From Ignavibacteriota bacterium (GTDB lineage: Bacteria > Bacteroidota > Ignavibacteria > UBA10030 > UBA6906), in assembly GCA_003152875.1 (NCBI GenBank), contig PMBF01000039.1, positions 3,324 through 47,788 on the forward strand: 44,465 bases of DNA. The letters are read 5' to 3'. A program made the translations under genes and the position numbers. Positions within the stretch are counted from its first letter, which is position 1, and each line of letters opens with the position of its first letter. Positions 1 to 8,853 of this stretch are shown here, one piece after another. Below the pieces are notes generated by a model. It had not been told where the DNA came from, ran no database searches, and was given only the letters and a program-made list of their open reading frames with translations.

Positions 1-38
1 CTGCAGCATGACCCAGTCATGAACGAGGGAGGGTTCAT
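1..38 (-). CDS. Possible 5' end of a gene running off the window (product unknown; an EnvC-like M23 peptidase often follows TPR-DUF4292)
   Basis: ATG at 38 preceded by purine-rich AGCCAGGA just after the DUF4292 stop; only 12 codons visible (MNPPSFMTGSCC). Product is a synteny guess. Confidence 0.25.
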   Translation of the reverse strand, partial: MNPPSFMTGSCC

Positions 39-57
39 TGGTTCCTGGCTTTCCGCC

Positions 58-837
58 TTACCGGGGGGCCGCCATCGACCTGGCGTTGGGCGGAACGGTA
101 AAGTCAAAAGACACCCGGCCGGGGTTGATGGAAGCCGAGGAGAACGCGATCGCAACACGCCGCTCCTCCCGCGGCATCGTGATCGAGACACGGCGGGGAA
201 TTCTTGTCCCGTCCTGCACGATCATCCCGGACGTTTCGCTTTCCAGCATAATGCTGCCGCCCGCGTCCAGTATTTCTAACCGTCTCACGAGCAGCGCGTC
301 GGGATCGATCCAGTACGAGCAGGTACCGTCCCCGCAGGGATACCGGAGAAGGAACTGATCTCCGGCGATGCTGTACGAAAGGGGCGGGATCCTGTCGGGC
401 AGCGGGAATGTCCCCGTGAAGGCTGAGAACATCTGATCATAGGTGAGATCGATTGGCAACATGGACCGCAGGGAACCTGATTCGGGGCTTCCCGTCGAGA
501 CGGCATTTTCGAGGCTGTTGTACATCACGTAGCGCTTCCTGCTCAGGAAGAATGTGCCCACGTCGATGCCGAAGGGGCCCTCAAGCTGGACAAGGAGCGA
601 ATCCGGTTTCTTCATGGTCAGGTCGAATCCGGCCGAACCGTTCTGGGAAGGGGTCTCGAAGCTCAGGCTCCCGTGTCCGCTCAGCGTCCGGAGCCGGGCG
701 TCGGTCTCGCGGATACGGGAGGTGAGGAGACCAACGGGCGTGAGGTCGGTGTTCAGGGCCACCCCTTCCGTGCGGGGGGCGCAGGACGCCAGAACCAGAA
801 GCGGAATGATCGGGAGAAGCCGGCGGCCCCCGGGCAT
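58..837 (-). CDS. DUF4292 / LolB-like outer-membrane lipoprotein
   Basis: Start reset to ATG 837, which overlaps the upstream stop (TGATG). Lipoprotein signal MPGGRRLLPIIPLLVLASC, DSLLVQLEGPFGI motif, C-terminal FDFTVP; follows a TPR lipoprotein. Confidence 0.75.
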   Translation of the reverse strand: MPGGRRLLPIIPLLVLASCAPRTEGVALNTDLTPVGLLTSRIRETDARLRTLSGHGSLSFETPSQNGSAGFDLTMKKPDSLLVQLEGPFGIDVGTFFLSRKRYVMYNSLENAVSTGSPESGSLRSMLPIDLTYDQMFSAFTGTFPLPDRIPPLSYSIAGDQFLLRYPCGDGTCSYWIDPDALLVRRLEILDAGGSIMLESETSGMIVQDGTRIPRRVSITMPREERRVAIAFSSASINPGRVSFDFTVPPNARSMAAPR

Positions 838-2573
838 CAGAAGGACTCGCGGGAGATCTTCTCGCGCAGCGCGGAGTTGCCGCTGTCGAGATGCAGCGCC
901 AGCTTCCATTGCTCGATCGCCCCTTCCTTGTTGTTCATCTTGTAGTAAATGTCTCCCAGATGCTCGTAGACAACGGCATTCGCCTCCCCCCTGGCGATAG
1001 CCTGTTTCACATACGTCGCCGCCTCTGAAAAGCGGCCCAGCCTGAAGCAGATCCAGCCGATCGTGTCGAGGTAGGCTCCATTCTCGGGCTGTGCTTTGAC
1101 CGCGGCTCTAGCCATGGTGAAGGCCCGGTCGAGGTCACGGTCCCGTTCCGCCAGGCTGTAGCTGTAGTTGTTCATCACTAGGTGATTGACGGGATCGAGA
1201 CGGAGCGCTTCCTCGTAGAGCGAATCCGATTCGCCGTACTGCCGGATCCCTTCGTAGACAAGAGCGAGTTGTGCTATCAGGTCGACGTCCTTGGGATTGA
1301 TCGACCGGGCATGTTCAAGGACGCGAACAGCATCAGTGTTCCGCGAGAGGCGGTTGTACGCCACGCCGAGAAAAAAGTTCACCCGGAAGTCGTCCGGCAG
1401 GATCATCACGGCAGATTCCAGGACGCGGACGACCTCGCTGTAGTTGTTCTTGTTCAGAAACACCCCTGAGAGGGAGACCCAGCCGTCGGCGTTCCAGCTT
1501 GCGAGCTCGGTGACTTTCCGGAAATGCCGCACCGACCCGGAATCGTCCCTGGCGACCGAGGCGATCGCCCCGAGGAACCAGTATGCCCGCCAGTCTTCGG
1601 GCTTGCGAACCCGGATCCGGTCAAACACCGCCCGCGCATAGGGAATCGCCGTCGAGTCTCTTTCGCTCTGGCTGAAGTACAGTTCGCCGATGTGCAGTTT
1701 GGTATCCACGTTGACGGTATCGCGCGCGAGGATCGGTTCAAACAGGCGAGCCGCCTCGGCGTATTCCCGGCGCAGGAGATGCACGCCGGCGATATCGGAG
1801 AGGAGATCCAGGCTTGTCGTGTCGGTTTCACGAAGCGAGGAGAACACCGCAAGGGCGCTGTCGTACTTCCCGGCCCGGACGTAGGTCTGGCCGAGTGTGC
1901 GCCGGAGCTCGCGGTTCGCCGGGTCGATCCCGGACATTTTTTGCAGCGCCTCGGAGGCGCTGTCGAACTTCCCCAGTTTGTTGCACAGTTCCGCCGTCTG
2001 CATGAGGACATCCCACTCGGGACCGAACCGCTCCGTGATACGCTCGTAAAGATCGAGGGCCTTCAGAGGGGAGCGCACCTGATAGAGCCGGGCGAGGTTG
2101 AACCATGATTCAATGTTGGACGAGTCGCGCCGGACGATCTCTTCATACACCGTGAGCGCCGAGTCCGGCTGCATCGCAGCAAGGAACACCATTGCGAGGT
2201 TCCGCTGGTATTCCAGGTTCCCGGGCTTCAGCCTCACCGCTTCCCTGCCCGCCTCGATGGCCGGCATGTTCTTTCCAAGCATCGCGTAGGCGCGGGACAG
2301 GGCGAAGTATATCGTGTGGTTCTTTTCGAACCCCAGCGCCTCCTGGTATTCCAGGACGGCCCTCGCGTTGTCGCCCCTTAGCTCGTAGACCGAGCCGTCA
2401 ATGAAATGCTGAAGGGCCAGATCGCGCATTCCCTCCTGGACCCTTTGAGCCGCGGGGGACAGATCCTGGCCGGCGGTATCCGGTGCCGACGAACAACCGC
2501 CAATCAGCAGGGAGAAGGCCAGAAATACGGTGGCAGTCCAGGCCGGACCATGATTTTTCACTTCACAACCCAC
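837..2573 (-). CDS. Tetratricopeptide-repeat lipoprotein
   Basis: Many TPR units; C-terminal NNYSYSLA...YLDTIGW...EHLGDIY; lipobox LIGGC. GTG 2573 has GGAG 7 nt upstream. Confidence 0.9.
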   Translation of the reverse strand: MGCEVKNHGPAWTATVFLAFSLLIGGCSSAPDTAGQDLSPAAQRVQEGMRDLALQHFIDGSVYELRGDNARAVLEYQEALGFEKNHTIYFALSRAYAMLGKNMPAIEAGREAVRLKPGNLEYQRNLAMVFLAAMQPDSALTVYEEIVRRDSSNIESWFNLARLYQVRSPLKALDLYERITERFGPEWDVLMQTAELCNKLGKFDSASEALQKMSGIDPANRELRRTLGQTYVRAGKYDSALAVFSSLRETDTTSLDLLSDIAGVHLLRREYAEAARLFEPILARDTVNVDTKLHIGELYFSQSERDSTAIPYARAVFDRIRVRKPEDWRAYWFLGAIASVARDDSGSVRHFRKVTELASWNADGWVSLSGVFLNKNNYSEVVRVLESAVMILPDDFRVNFFLGVAYNRLSRNTDAVRVLEHARSINPKDVDLIAQLALVYEGIRQYGESDSLYEEALRLDPVNHLVMNNYSYSLAERDRDLDRAFTMARAAVKAQPENGAYLDTIGWICFRLGRFSEAATYVKQAIARGEANAVVYEHLGDIYYKMNNKEGAIEQWKLALHLDSGNSALREKISRESF

Positions 2574-2596
2574 GGTAAATCTCCGCAATTACGAAA

Positions 2597-2625
2597 AATA
2601 TAGTACTTCATGCTATGAATAACAA
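2597..2625 (-). promoter_or_regulatory. Sigma70-type promoter for TPR-DUF4292
   Basis: TTGTTA-17 nt-TATATT on the minus strand in an AT-rich divergent gap; the spacer contains the palindrome TTCAT-gct-ATGAA. Confidence 0.55.
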
Positions 2626-2651
2626 GCAAACGGGCATTGTTGCTCCTTGCC

Positions 2652-2680
2652 TTGACATCCAGACGTGATTTGGCTATCGT
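2652..2680 (+). promoter_or_regulatory. Sigma70-type promoter for the ATP-grasp gene
   Basis: TTGACA-17 nt-TATCGT, 33 nt upstream of ATG 2714. Confidence 0.7.
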
Positions 2681-2713
2681 GAACCTTTGCGGATCACTCA
2701 GGCAGGAAGCAGG

Positions 2714-3664
2714 ATGGCCGAGTACTTTCATATGGCCGTGGCTTGGGATTGGGAATTCGACCGGGAGTTCATCCGGATCCTTGAAGCCCAATTGCACTCG
2801 CACGGGCTGCTGTTCTATTCGATTTCGCACCACAACACGCACGAGACCGTGCGCAGGATTCAGCGCGGCGAGCTCATCTTCGGTTGTTTCCTCGACCGGG
2901 CAGGGGATTTCGACGATCATTTCCTGGTCGTCTCCCGCACCCTCCGCAAGACTCCGGCATACTTCATCAATCCTCCCGAGGCCGTCGTGCACGCCACCGA
3001 CAAGGCGACGATGCACCTTGAGTTCCTGACCAAGGGGATTGATGTCCCATTCTCGCTGATCATCTCTCCGTTCAACAAGCGGCGGGAGGTGGAGCTGACG
3101 CTGAGCGACCTGGCACGGCTGGGACGCCCGTTCATCATCAAGCCGGCCAACACGACGGGGGGCGGTATCGGAGTGATCACGGGAGCCGAATCCTTGAAGG
3201 ACGTGATCGAGTCGCGGCAGCATCACAAGAACGACAAGTATCTGCTCCAGGAGAAGATCTGTCCGATTGACATGGATGCCCACAAGGCATGGTTCCGCGT
3301 CTTCTATATCTACGGTCTCATCATCCCATGCTGGTGGGATGACGAGACGCACCGGTACGGCCTCATCTCGCCGGCCGAGCGCAACAATTTCGGGCTGCTA
3401 TCGCTCAGCGCGGTGACGCGCAAGATCCACGATGTGTGCAAGCTGGATTTCTTTTCGACGGAGATCGCATTTACGAAGGAGAAGAAGTTTGTTGTCGTCG
3501 ACTACGTGAACGACATCTGCGACATGCGGCTCCAATCCCGGCATTTCGACGGCGTCCCGGACCAGGCCGTTCTGGAGATCTGCCGCCGGATCGCCCACAG
3601 AATCAAGAGCATGGAACGCACCGGCAGCCTCCCGCATGTCTCCCCGGCTCTCCGCCATCCTTGA
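2714..3664 (+). CDS. ATP-grasp fold protein (RimK/glutathione-synthetase-like), substrate unknown
   Basis: ATDK, PFIIKPANTTGGGIGV, YLLQEKI, FRVFY and FVVVDYVND match the ATP-grasp pattern; purine-rich RBS before ATG 2714. Confidence 0.75.
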   Translation: MAEYFHMAVAWDWEFDREFIRILEAQLHSHGLLFYSISHHNTHETVRRIQRGELIFGCFLDRAGDFDDHFLVVSRTLRKTPAYFINPPEAVVHATDKATMHLEFLTKGIDVPFSLIISPFNKRREVELTLSDLARLGRPFIIKPANTTGGGIGVITGAESLKDVIESRQHHKNDKYLLQEKICPIDMDAHKAWFRVFYIYGLIIPCWWDDETHRYGLISPAERNNFGLLSLSAVTRKIHDVCKLDFFSTEIAFTKEKKFVVVDYVNDICDMRLQSRHFDGVPDQAVLEICRRIAHRIKSMERTGSLPHVSPALRHP

Positions 3665-3689
3665 CATTCCTGCCGGCGCTTGATACATT
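3661..3689 (+). promoter_or_regulatory. Sigma70-type promoter for the cpoB-like gene
   Basis: TTGACA-17 nt-TACATT with an extended -10 TG; the -35 overlaps the upstream stop codon. Confidence 0.7.
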
Positions 3690-3735
3690 GGGCTTTTGTA
3701 GTGTACCTCACTTCCCGCATAAGGAGTTCCCGGTC

Positions 3736-4452
3736 ATGACCTCTCTCCGTTTTGCGATCTCCAGCCTCCCGGTCCTCGTCTCGGCCATCGCCATTGCCGG
3801 ATGCGGCCGGAGTGCGGAGATGACAATGGAAAACGAAGCTGTCCTGAATGCGCCGCCGGCGTATACAACTTCCGTCGACAGCCTCGAAGCCGAAAACCGG
3901 CGTTTGCGCGACCAGCTCAGCGCGCTTGCGGCCGAGAACAGGTCTCTCACCGCCAGGGTAGGAGAGCTGGAGATGCGGATTGCGGGGTCGGCGCCGCAAA
4001 GGGCCGAACAGCAACGCTCACCCGCTCCCGAAGAGCCTGCCCGTCAGCAGCCATCGCAGCCCTCCGGCCAGGTGAAAGGATCCGGCAAACAGGCCGCGTA
4101 CGATGCCGCCTTGCAGGCATTTCGGGCAAGGGACTTCAAAGGGGCGATCAAACAGTTCGAGGACCTGCTCAACAACTCTATCGGTCCCGACCTGGCCGAC
4201 AACTGTCACTACTGGATCGGCGAATCCTACTACGCGCAGAAGCGGTATGATCTGGCGTCGCAGGAATTCCAGAGCGTGATAGAGTTCCCCTCCTCGGACA
4301 AGGCGAACGACGCAATGCTGATGCTGGGGAATTCGTATGCCGCGCTGGGCAAGAAGGATGAGGCGAGGAAGGTCCTGGACAACCTGATCAAGTCGAGTCC
4401 CGGAACCAGTGCGGCAAGAAGGGCCCAGGCGAAGCTGGACCAACTGAAGTAG
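3736..4452 (+). CDS. cpoB: Tol-Pal-associated YbgF/CpoB-like lipoprotein (coiled coil + TPR)
   Basis: AAGGAG RBS; lipobox IAGC; coiled coil; AYDAAL...ADNCHYWIGESYY...KANDAMLMLG typical of the YbgF TPR domain. Confidence 0.8.
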   Translation: MTSLRFAISSLPVLVSAIAIAGCGRSAEMTMENEAVLNAPPAYTTSVDSLEAENRRLRDQLSALAAENRSLTARVGELEMRIAGSAPQRAEQQRSPAPEEPARQQPSQPSGQVKGSGKQAAYDAALQAFRARDFKGAIKQFEDLLNNSIGPDLADNCHYWIGESYYAQKRYDLASQEFQSVIEFPSSDKANDAMLMLGNSYAALGKKDEARKVLDNLIKSSPGTSAARRAQAKLDQLK

Positions 4453-4516
4453 CCGCACCAGTGGCAAAGCTTCAGGGGCGGCCCACACCGAAGGAGCCGC
4501 TAGACCGGCAGGGCGT

Positions 4517-4568
4517 GTGGTGGGGCTCCTCAAGCTCCGGCTCTACATTCCGGCATTCCTCTTCCCTT
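4517..4568 (+). pseudogene. Possible 5' remnant of a DUF503 (YlxP-like) gene
   Basis: MVGLLKLRLYIPA, then SSSL after a 1-nt shift; resembles the DUF503 N-terminus from memory, and similarity stops there. Confidence 0.3.
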
Positions 4569-4725
4569 TCCGGACCTCCAAGACCTGCGGCCCCGCGGAT
4601 CAACGCACTTCCGTACAATTCTGCAACACAGGGCGGCTGGCTTCCCTGGAATGTCCGGATTTCATACCGGGAGGCCTGGCAGAGAAACACGGACAAAGGA
4701 CGATCTCTTTCGACGCAGCGAGGCC

Positions 4726-5718
4726 ATGCTACACATAGCACAAGGCATCGTAAATTCGATTCAACGCTCTCTCTCTTCCTTTGACCGGATGAGCCGTTGG
4801 GACTGGTTCGTCCTGAAGTCCAAGTTCCTCCTGCGAAGACTTCTTCTCGTTGTGCGTGATTGGCCGGTGGAGCATCAGATAGGGGGAATCGCATTGCGAT
4901 TGCCGCTCTCGCACAAACTGCCGATCGATGACGCGGCGGCCCCGGGGAGATCGGACAATCTGGCGCGCATCGCGCAAGCGGTTCATGCTCACAAAAAGAG
5001 CCTTCTGTTCATCGATATTGGCGCGAATGTCGGTGACACCGTTGCCGTCCTGAGGAAAAACTCCCGTTTCCCGATTCTCGCGATTGAGGGTGATGCAGAA
5101 TACTACGCGTATCTTCAGAGGAACATGAGTGGGGTCGCGGACGTATGGACATATCAAGGATTGCTGAGTGATTGCCCGCAGACCTCTCCAGGTGAGCTTC
5201 TTCCGAACTACGGGGGTTCAAAGCAAGTCGCGCTTCGAGCCGATGCCGCTGAAACACTCCGGTTTCTGACCCTGGTGGAGGTGCTCGACAAGTTCCCGCA
5301 ATTCAAGAACGCAGGAATGATCAAGATTGACACTGACGGATTCGACTGCAAGATCATTCGAGGCGCGCGGCCCTGGCTTGAGGCTGCGCGACCGGTTCTC
5401 TTCTTCGAATACGATCCTTATCACCTCGCCGAGCAGGGTGACGACGGGCTTTCCATTTTCGAAACGCTCCGGAGCATCGGATACAGCGGCCTTCTCGTCT
5501 TCGAAGGAAATGGAGATTTCATGTTTTCGCTGGAGCTTCTGCAGAAAGGGCTGCTCGAAGAAATGCACTGTTATTTTCTGGGGGGGCGGCCAAGGAAGTA
5601 TGCGGATCTCTGCGCATTTCACTCAAGCGACAGCGACGTGTTTGAACGATGCAGGTCCGGGGAGCGGCACTTCGCACGAATGGCCGGGTCACAATTCCAT
5701 CCGAACACAACCGGGTGA
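4726..5718 (+). CDS. FkbM-family SAM-dependent methyltransferase
   Basis: FIDIGANVGD, LAIEG, IKIDTDGFD, RPVLFFEY. Start uncertain (ATG 4651, 4726 or 4789). Confidence 0.85.
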   Translation: MLHIAQGIVNSIQRSLSSFDRMSRWDWFVLKSKFLLRRLLLVVRDWPVEHQIGGIALRLPLSHKLPIDDAAAPGRSDNLARIAQAVHAHKKSLLFIDIGANVGDTVAVLRKNSRFPILAIEGDAEYYAYLQRNMSGVADVWTYQGLLSDCPQTSPGELLPNYGGSKQVALRADAAETLRFLTLVEVLDKFPQFKNAGMIKIDTDGFDCKIIRGARPWLEAARPVLFFEYDPYHLAEQGDDGLSIFETLRSIGYSGLLVFEGNGDFMFSLELLQKGLLEEMHCYFLGGRPRKYADLCAFHSSDSDVFERCRSGERHFARMAGSQFHPNTTG

Positions 5719-5798
5719 GACGAGGCGGAGCATTGGTCCCGGCCGGGGATGGAGGGAGAACACGTACGGGGATATAACACCTGTCATGGAAGGACTCA

Positions 5799-6821
5799 TT
5801 ACCGCCTGCCGGAGAGAAACTCCTCCACCAGCTTCACCTCCTCCCTGCTTCCGAGGAAGAGGGGCGACCGCTCATGCAACGCGGTGGGCTGGATATCGAG
5901 CGTCCTCCCGTGTCCGTCGGATGCGGCCCCGCCTGCGCTTTCCACGATGAAGGCAAGGGGGTTGTTCTCGTACATCAGCCGGAGCTTGCCGTTGGGGTTC
6001 CTGGAGTCGGGGGGGTAGAAGTAGATCCCGCCGTAGAGCAGCGTCCGGTGCACGTCTGCGACAAGCGATCCGATGTACCGCAGCGAATACGGCCGCCCCG
6101 TCGCCCTGTCCTCTTCTTTCAGATAGTCCACATAGCGCCGCACCTGTTCCCCCCACCGCCGATAGTTCCCCTCATTGACGCTGTAGATGCTCCCCCGATC
6201 CGGGATCCGGATGTTCTCATGGGACAGAAGGAACTCGCCGACCGTTGGATCGAGCGTGAACCCGTGGACCCCGTGGCCGGAACAGTAGACGAACATCATG
6301 CTGGAGCCATAGAGCACGTACCCCGCCGCCACCTGCCGGGAGCCCGGCTGCAACACATCTTCCATCGTCCCGGCGCCGGAAGCCGTCACGCGGCGGAAGA
6401 TCGAGAAGATCGAGCCGATCGTGACGTTGGCGTCGATGTTGCTCGAACCGTCCAGTGGATCATAGAGCAGAACGTACTTTCCCTGCGGGTGTTCTTCCGG
6501 GATCTGGAGCAGGTCCTCGTTTTCCTCGGACGCCATCACGCAGAGATGACCGCCGTGATCCATCGCCCTGTAGATGGTGATGTCGGCAAACTCGTCAAGC
6601 TTCTTGACGATATCGCCGCTGATGTTCATCCGGTCGGTCTTGCCCAGGATGTTGACGAGTCCCGCCTTCGTGACCTCGCGCCAGACAAGCTTTGCGGCGA
6701 GGGAGAGGCTGTGCAGGATGGCGGAGAATTCTCCGGTGGCTCCCGGATGAGCGCGTTCGCCCTCGCTGATATGCCGCTCGAGGGTCATGAACTTGGACGG
6801 AGACGGGGGGATGGTCGTCAT
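5799..6821 (-). CDS. fbp: Class 1 fructose-1,6-bisphosphatase
   Basis: SEENE, DPLDGSSNID, RYIGSLVADVHRTL, GKLRLMYE; GGAG RBS before ATG 6821. Confidence 0.97.
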   Translation of the reverse strand: MTTIPPSPSKFMTLERHISEGERAHPGATGEFSAILHSLSLAAKLVWREVTKAGLVNILGKTDRMNISGDIVKKLDEFADITIYRAMDHGGHLCVMASEENEDLLQIPEEHPQGKYVLLYDPLDGSSNIDANVTIGSIFSIFRRVTASGAGTMEDVLQPGSRQVAAGYVLYGSSMMFVYCSGHGVHGFTLDPTVGEFLLSHENIRIPDRGSIYSVNEGNYRRWGEQVRRYVDYLKEEDRATGRPYSLRYIGSLVADVHRTLLYGGIYFYPPDSRNPNGKLRLMYENNPLAFIVESAGGAASDGHGRTLDIQPTALHERSPLFLGSREEVKLVEEFLSGRR

Positions 6822-7007
6822 GGTGTCTCCATGGTTTCGGGGGGGGTGAGGGGTGCTCCCGGAAGCGTTCTGGACGTGATCTCCTGCGCTTACTGGACCG
6901 AACGGAGGCTCGATCATTCCTTACGGGTGGGATCCTTCTGCCAGTCTAGAAGAGTCCTGTGGGCAGCGGTTCCCGTTACCGCCGTTGCCGTGGTAATTCA
7001 GGCGGTC

Positions 7008-8825
7008 TCAGTCGGACAGGTTTCCGATCTTCCGGGCCTCCATTTCCTGGTCCTTGTACTGGAGCTGATACAGTGTCGAATAGATCCCCCCAAGCGCCAG
7101 CAGTTCCTGGTGGGTGCCCATTTCGCGGATCTCGCCCTTATGCATGACGATGATCTTGCCGGCCGATTGGATGGTAGAGAGCCTGTGCGCGATGACAATG
7201 GACGTGCGCCCCTGCAGAAGCTTACGGATGGCCTGCTGGATGAGCTGTTCGGTCTCCGTATCGACACTTGAGGTTGCCTCATCGAGCACGAGGATCCTGG
7301 GATGGTAGGCAAGCGCCCTGGCAAAGGAGATGAGCTGCTTCTGGCCCACCGAGAGCGTCGAGCCGCGCTCGCGGACGACCTCGAGGTATTGACCGGGGAG
7401 CCGTTCGATGAACCTGTTGGCGCCCACCACGCGGGCAGCCGCACGGATGCGCTCCGGGGAAATCGTCGCATCGCCCAGGCCGATATTGGAGGTGATATCG
7501 CCCGAGAAGAGGAACACATCCTGGAGGACCACCGCGATGTGTTTCCGGAGGTCCGCCTGGCGGAGGTTCTTGATGTTGATCCCGTCGATCAGGATCTCGC
7601 CGCGCTGGACGTCGTAGAAGCGGGTGAGCAGGCTGATGACCGAGGTCTTCCCCGCTCCGGTGTGCCCCACGAACGCCGCGGTCTGCCCTGCCTTGATGGT
7701 GAACGAGACGTCTTTCAGCACCCACTCCGACTTCTCCGGCTCCTTCGCATTGTAGTTGTATGCAAACCAGACATTCCGGAACTCGATATCTCCCCTGAGG
7801 GCCGGCAGCTCCACCGGGTGTTCGGGATCCGGGATCAGGGTCTGGTCATCGAGGAGCTTGAACAACCGTTCCGACGATGCCATGGCGGTCTGCATGATAT
7901 TGTATTTCTCGGACAGATCGCGGATCGGGCGCCAGAACATTTCGTTGAACTGGAGGAAGGCCATGACCGTTCCGATCGTGACCGCGCCCGAGAGCGATTG
8001 GACCCCGGCGTACCAGATGATGATGCCCACGGCCACGGCGCCGATCAGATCGACGCTGGGATAGAACAGGGCATAGTAGAAAATCGACTTGATGTTGGCG
8101 TCGCGGTGTGCTGCGTTGATCTGCAGGAATTCGTCGTAGGCCCTCCGCTCGCGGTTGAACACCTGGTCGACCATCATCCCCGTCATGTGCTCCTGCATAA
8201 ACGCATTGATCCGGGCAATCTGGATTCGGACTTCCCGGTACGCGCCGCGGGCTTTCCTCCGGAAGAGGAACGTGCCGTAAAAGAGGAACGGCAGGACACT
8301 GAGGGACAGGCCCGCCAGGCGCCAGTCCATGGAAAACATGAAATACAGGATGCCGATGATCGTGAAGACGTCGCTGAACACCATGACGATGCCGGACGAG
8401 AACATCTCGTTGAGCACCTCGACGTCGTTGGTGACCCGCGTGATCAGCCGGCCGATGGGGTTCCGGTCGTAGAACCGGGCGCCCAGGCGCTGGAGGTGGG
8501 AGAAGACCTGCATGCGCAGGTCGAAGATCGTCCGCTGGCCAATCCACTGTGTGAGATAGGTGTTCAGGTACTGGACCACGGCCCGGACCATCATGAGACC
8601 GAGAAAGGCCAGGGTGGTCATCAGGAGTCCGTGCTTGTCGTGATGGGCGATGTCCTGATCAACGGCGATCTTGACGAAGTACGGACGGACCGCTTCCATC
8701 GCCGAGACCACGATGCTCAGCACGATACCCAGCGCCACGTAGATCCTATAGGGACGCAGGTAGGTGAGCAGCCTGCGCATCAGCCTGCCGTCGTACGCTT
8801 TCCCCAGGATTTCTTCTTCATGCAT
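7008..8825 (-). CDS. ABC exporter, fused TMD-NBD (MdlB/YheH-like half)
   Basis: MHEEEILGKAYD start; Walker A GHTGAGKT; degenerate signature LSVGQ; LDEAT; IAHRLST. Confidence 0.93.
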   Translation of the reverse strand: MHEEEILGKAYDGRLMRRLLTYLRPYRIYVALGIVLSIVVSAMEAVRPYFVKIAVDQDIAHHDKHGLLMTTLAFLGLMMVRAVVQYLNTYLTQWIGQRTIFDLRMQVFSHLQRLGARFYDRNPIGRLITRVTNDVEVLNEMFSSGIVMVFSDVFTIIGILYFMFSMDWRLAGLSLSVLPFLFYGTFLFRRKARGAYREVRIQIARINAFMQEHMTGMMVDQVFNRERRAYDEFLQINAAHRDANIKSIFYYALFYPSVDLIGAVAVGIIIWYAGVQSLSGAVTIGTVMAFLQFNEMFWRPIRDLSEKYNIMQTAMASSERLFKLLDDQTLIPDPEHPVELPALRGDIEFRNVWFAYNYNAKEPEKSEWVLKDVSFTIKAGQTAAFVGHTGAGKTSVISLLTRFYDVQRGEILIDGINIKNLRQADLRKHIAVVLQDVFLFSGDITSNIGLGDATISPERIRAAARVVGANRFIERLPGQYLEVVRERGSTLSVGQKQLISFARALAYHPRILVLDEATSSVDTETEQLIQQAIRKLLQGRTSIVIAHRLSTIQSAGKIIVMHKGEIREMGTHQELLALGGIYSTLYQLQYKDQEMEARKIGNLSD

Positions 8826-8853
8826 TGGTTGACCCTGTTCTTCAGCCGGCAGC

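Noticed and set aside
6822-7007. fbp leader as a ZTP riboswitch (contains GACTGGC on the minus strand)
   Set aside because: Lacks the GTGG/CCAC-GGGGAGC core and the 3' CGCCTGGG pseudoknot.
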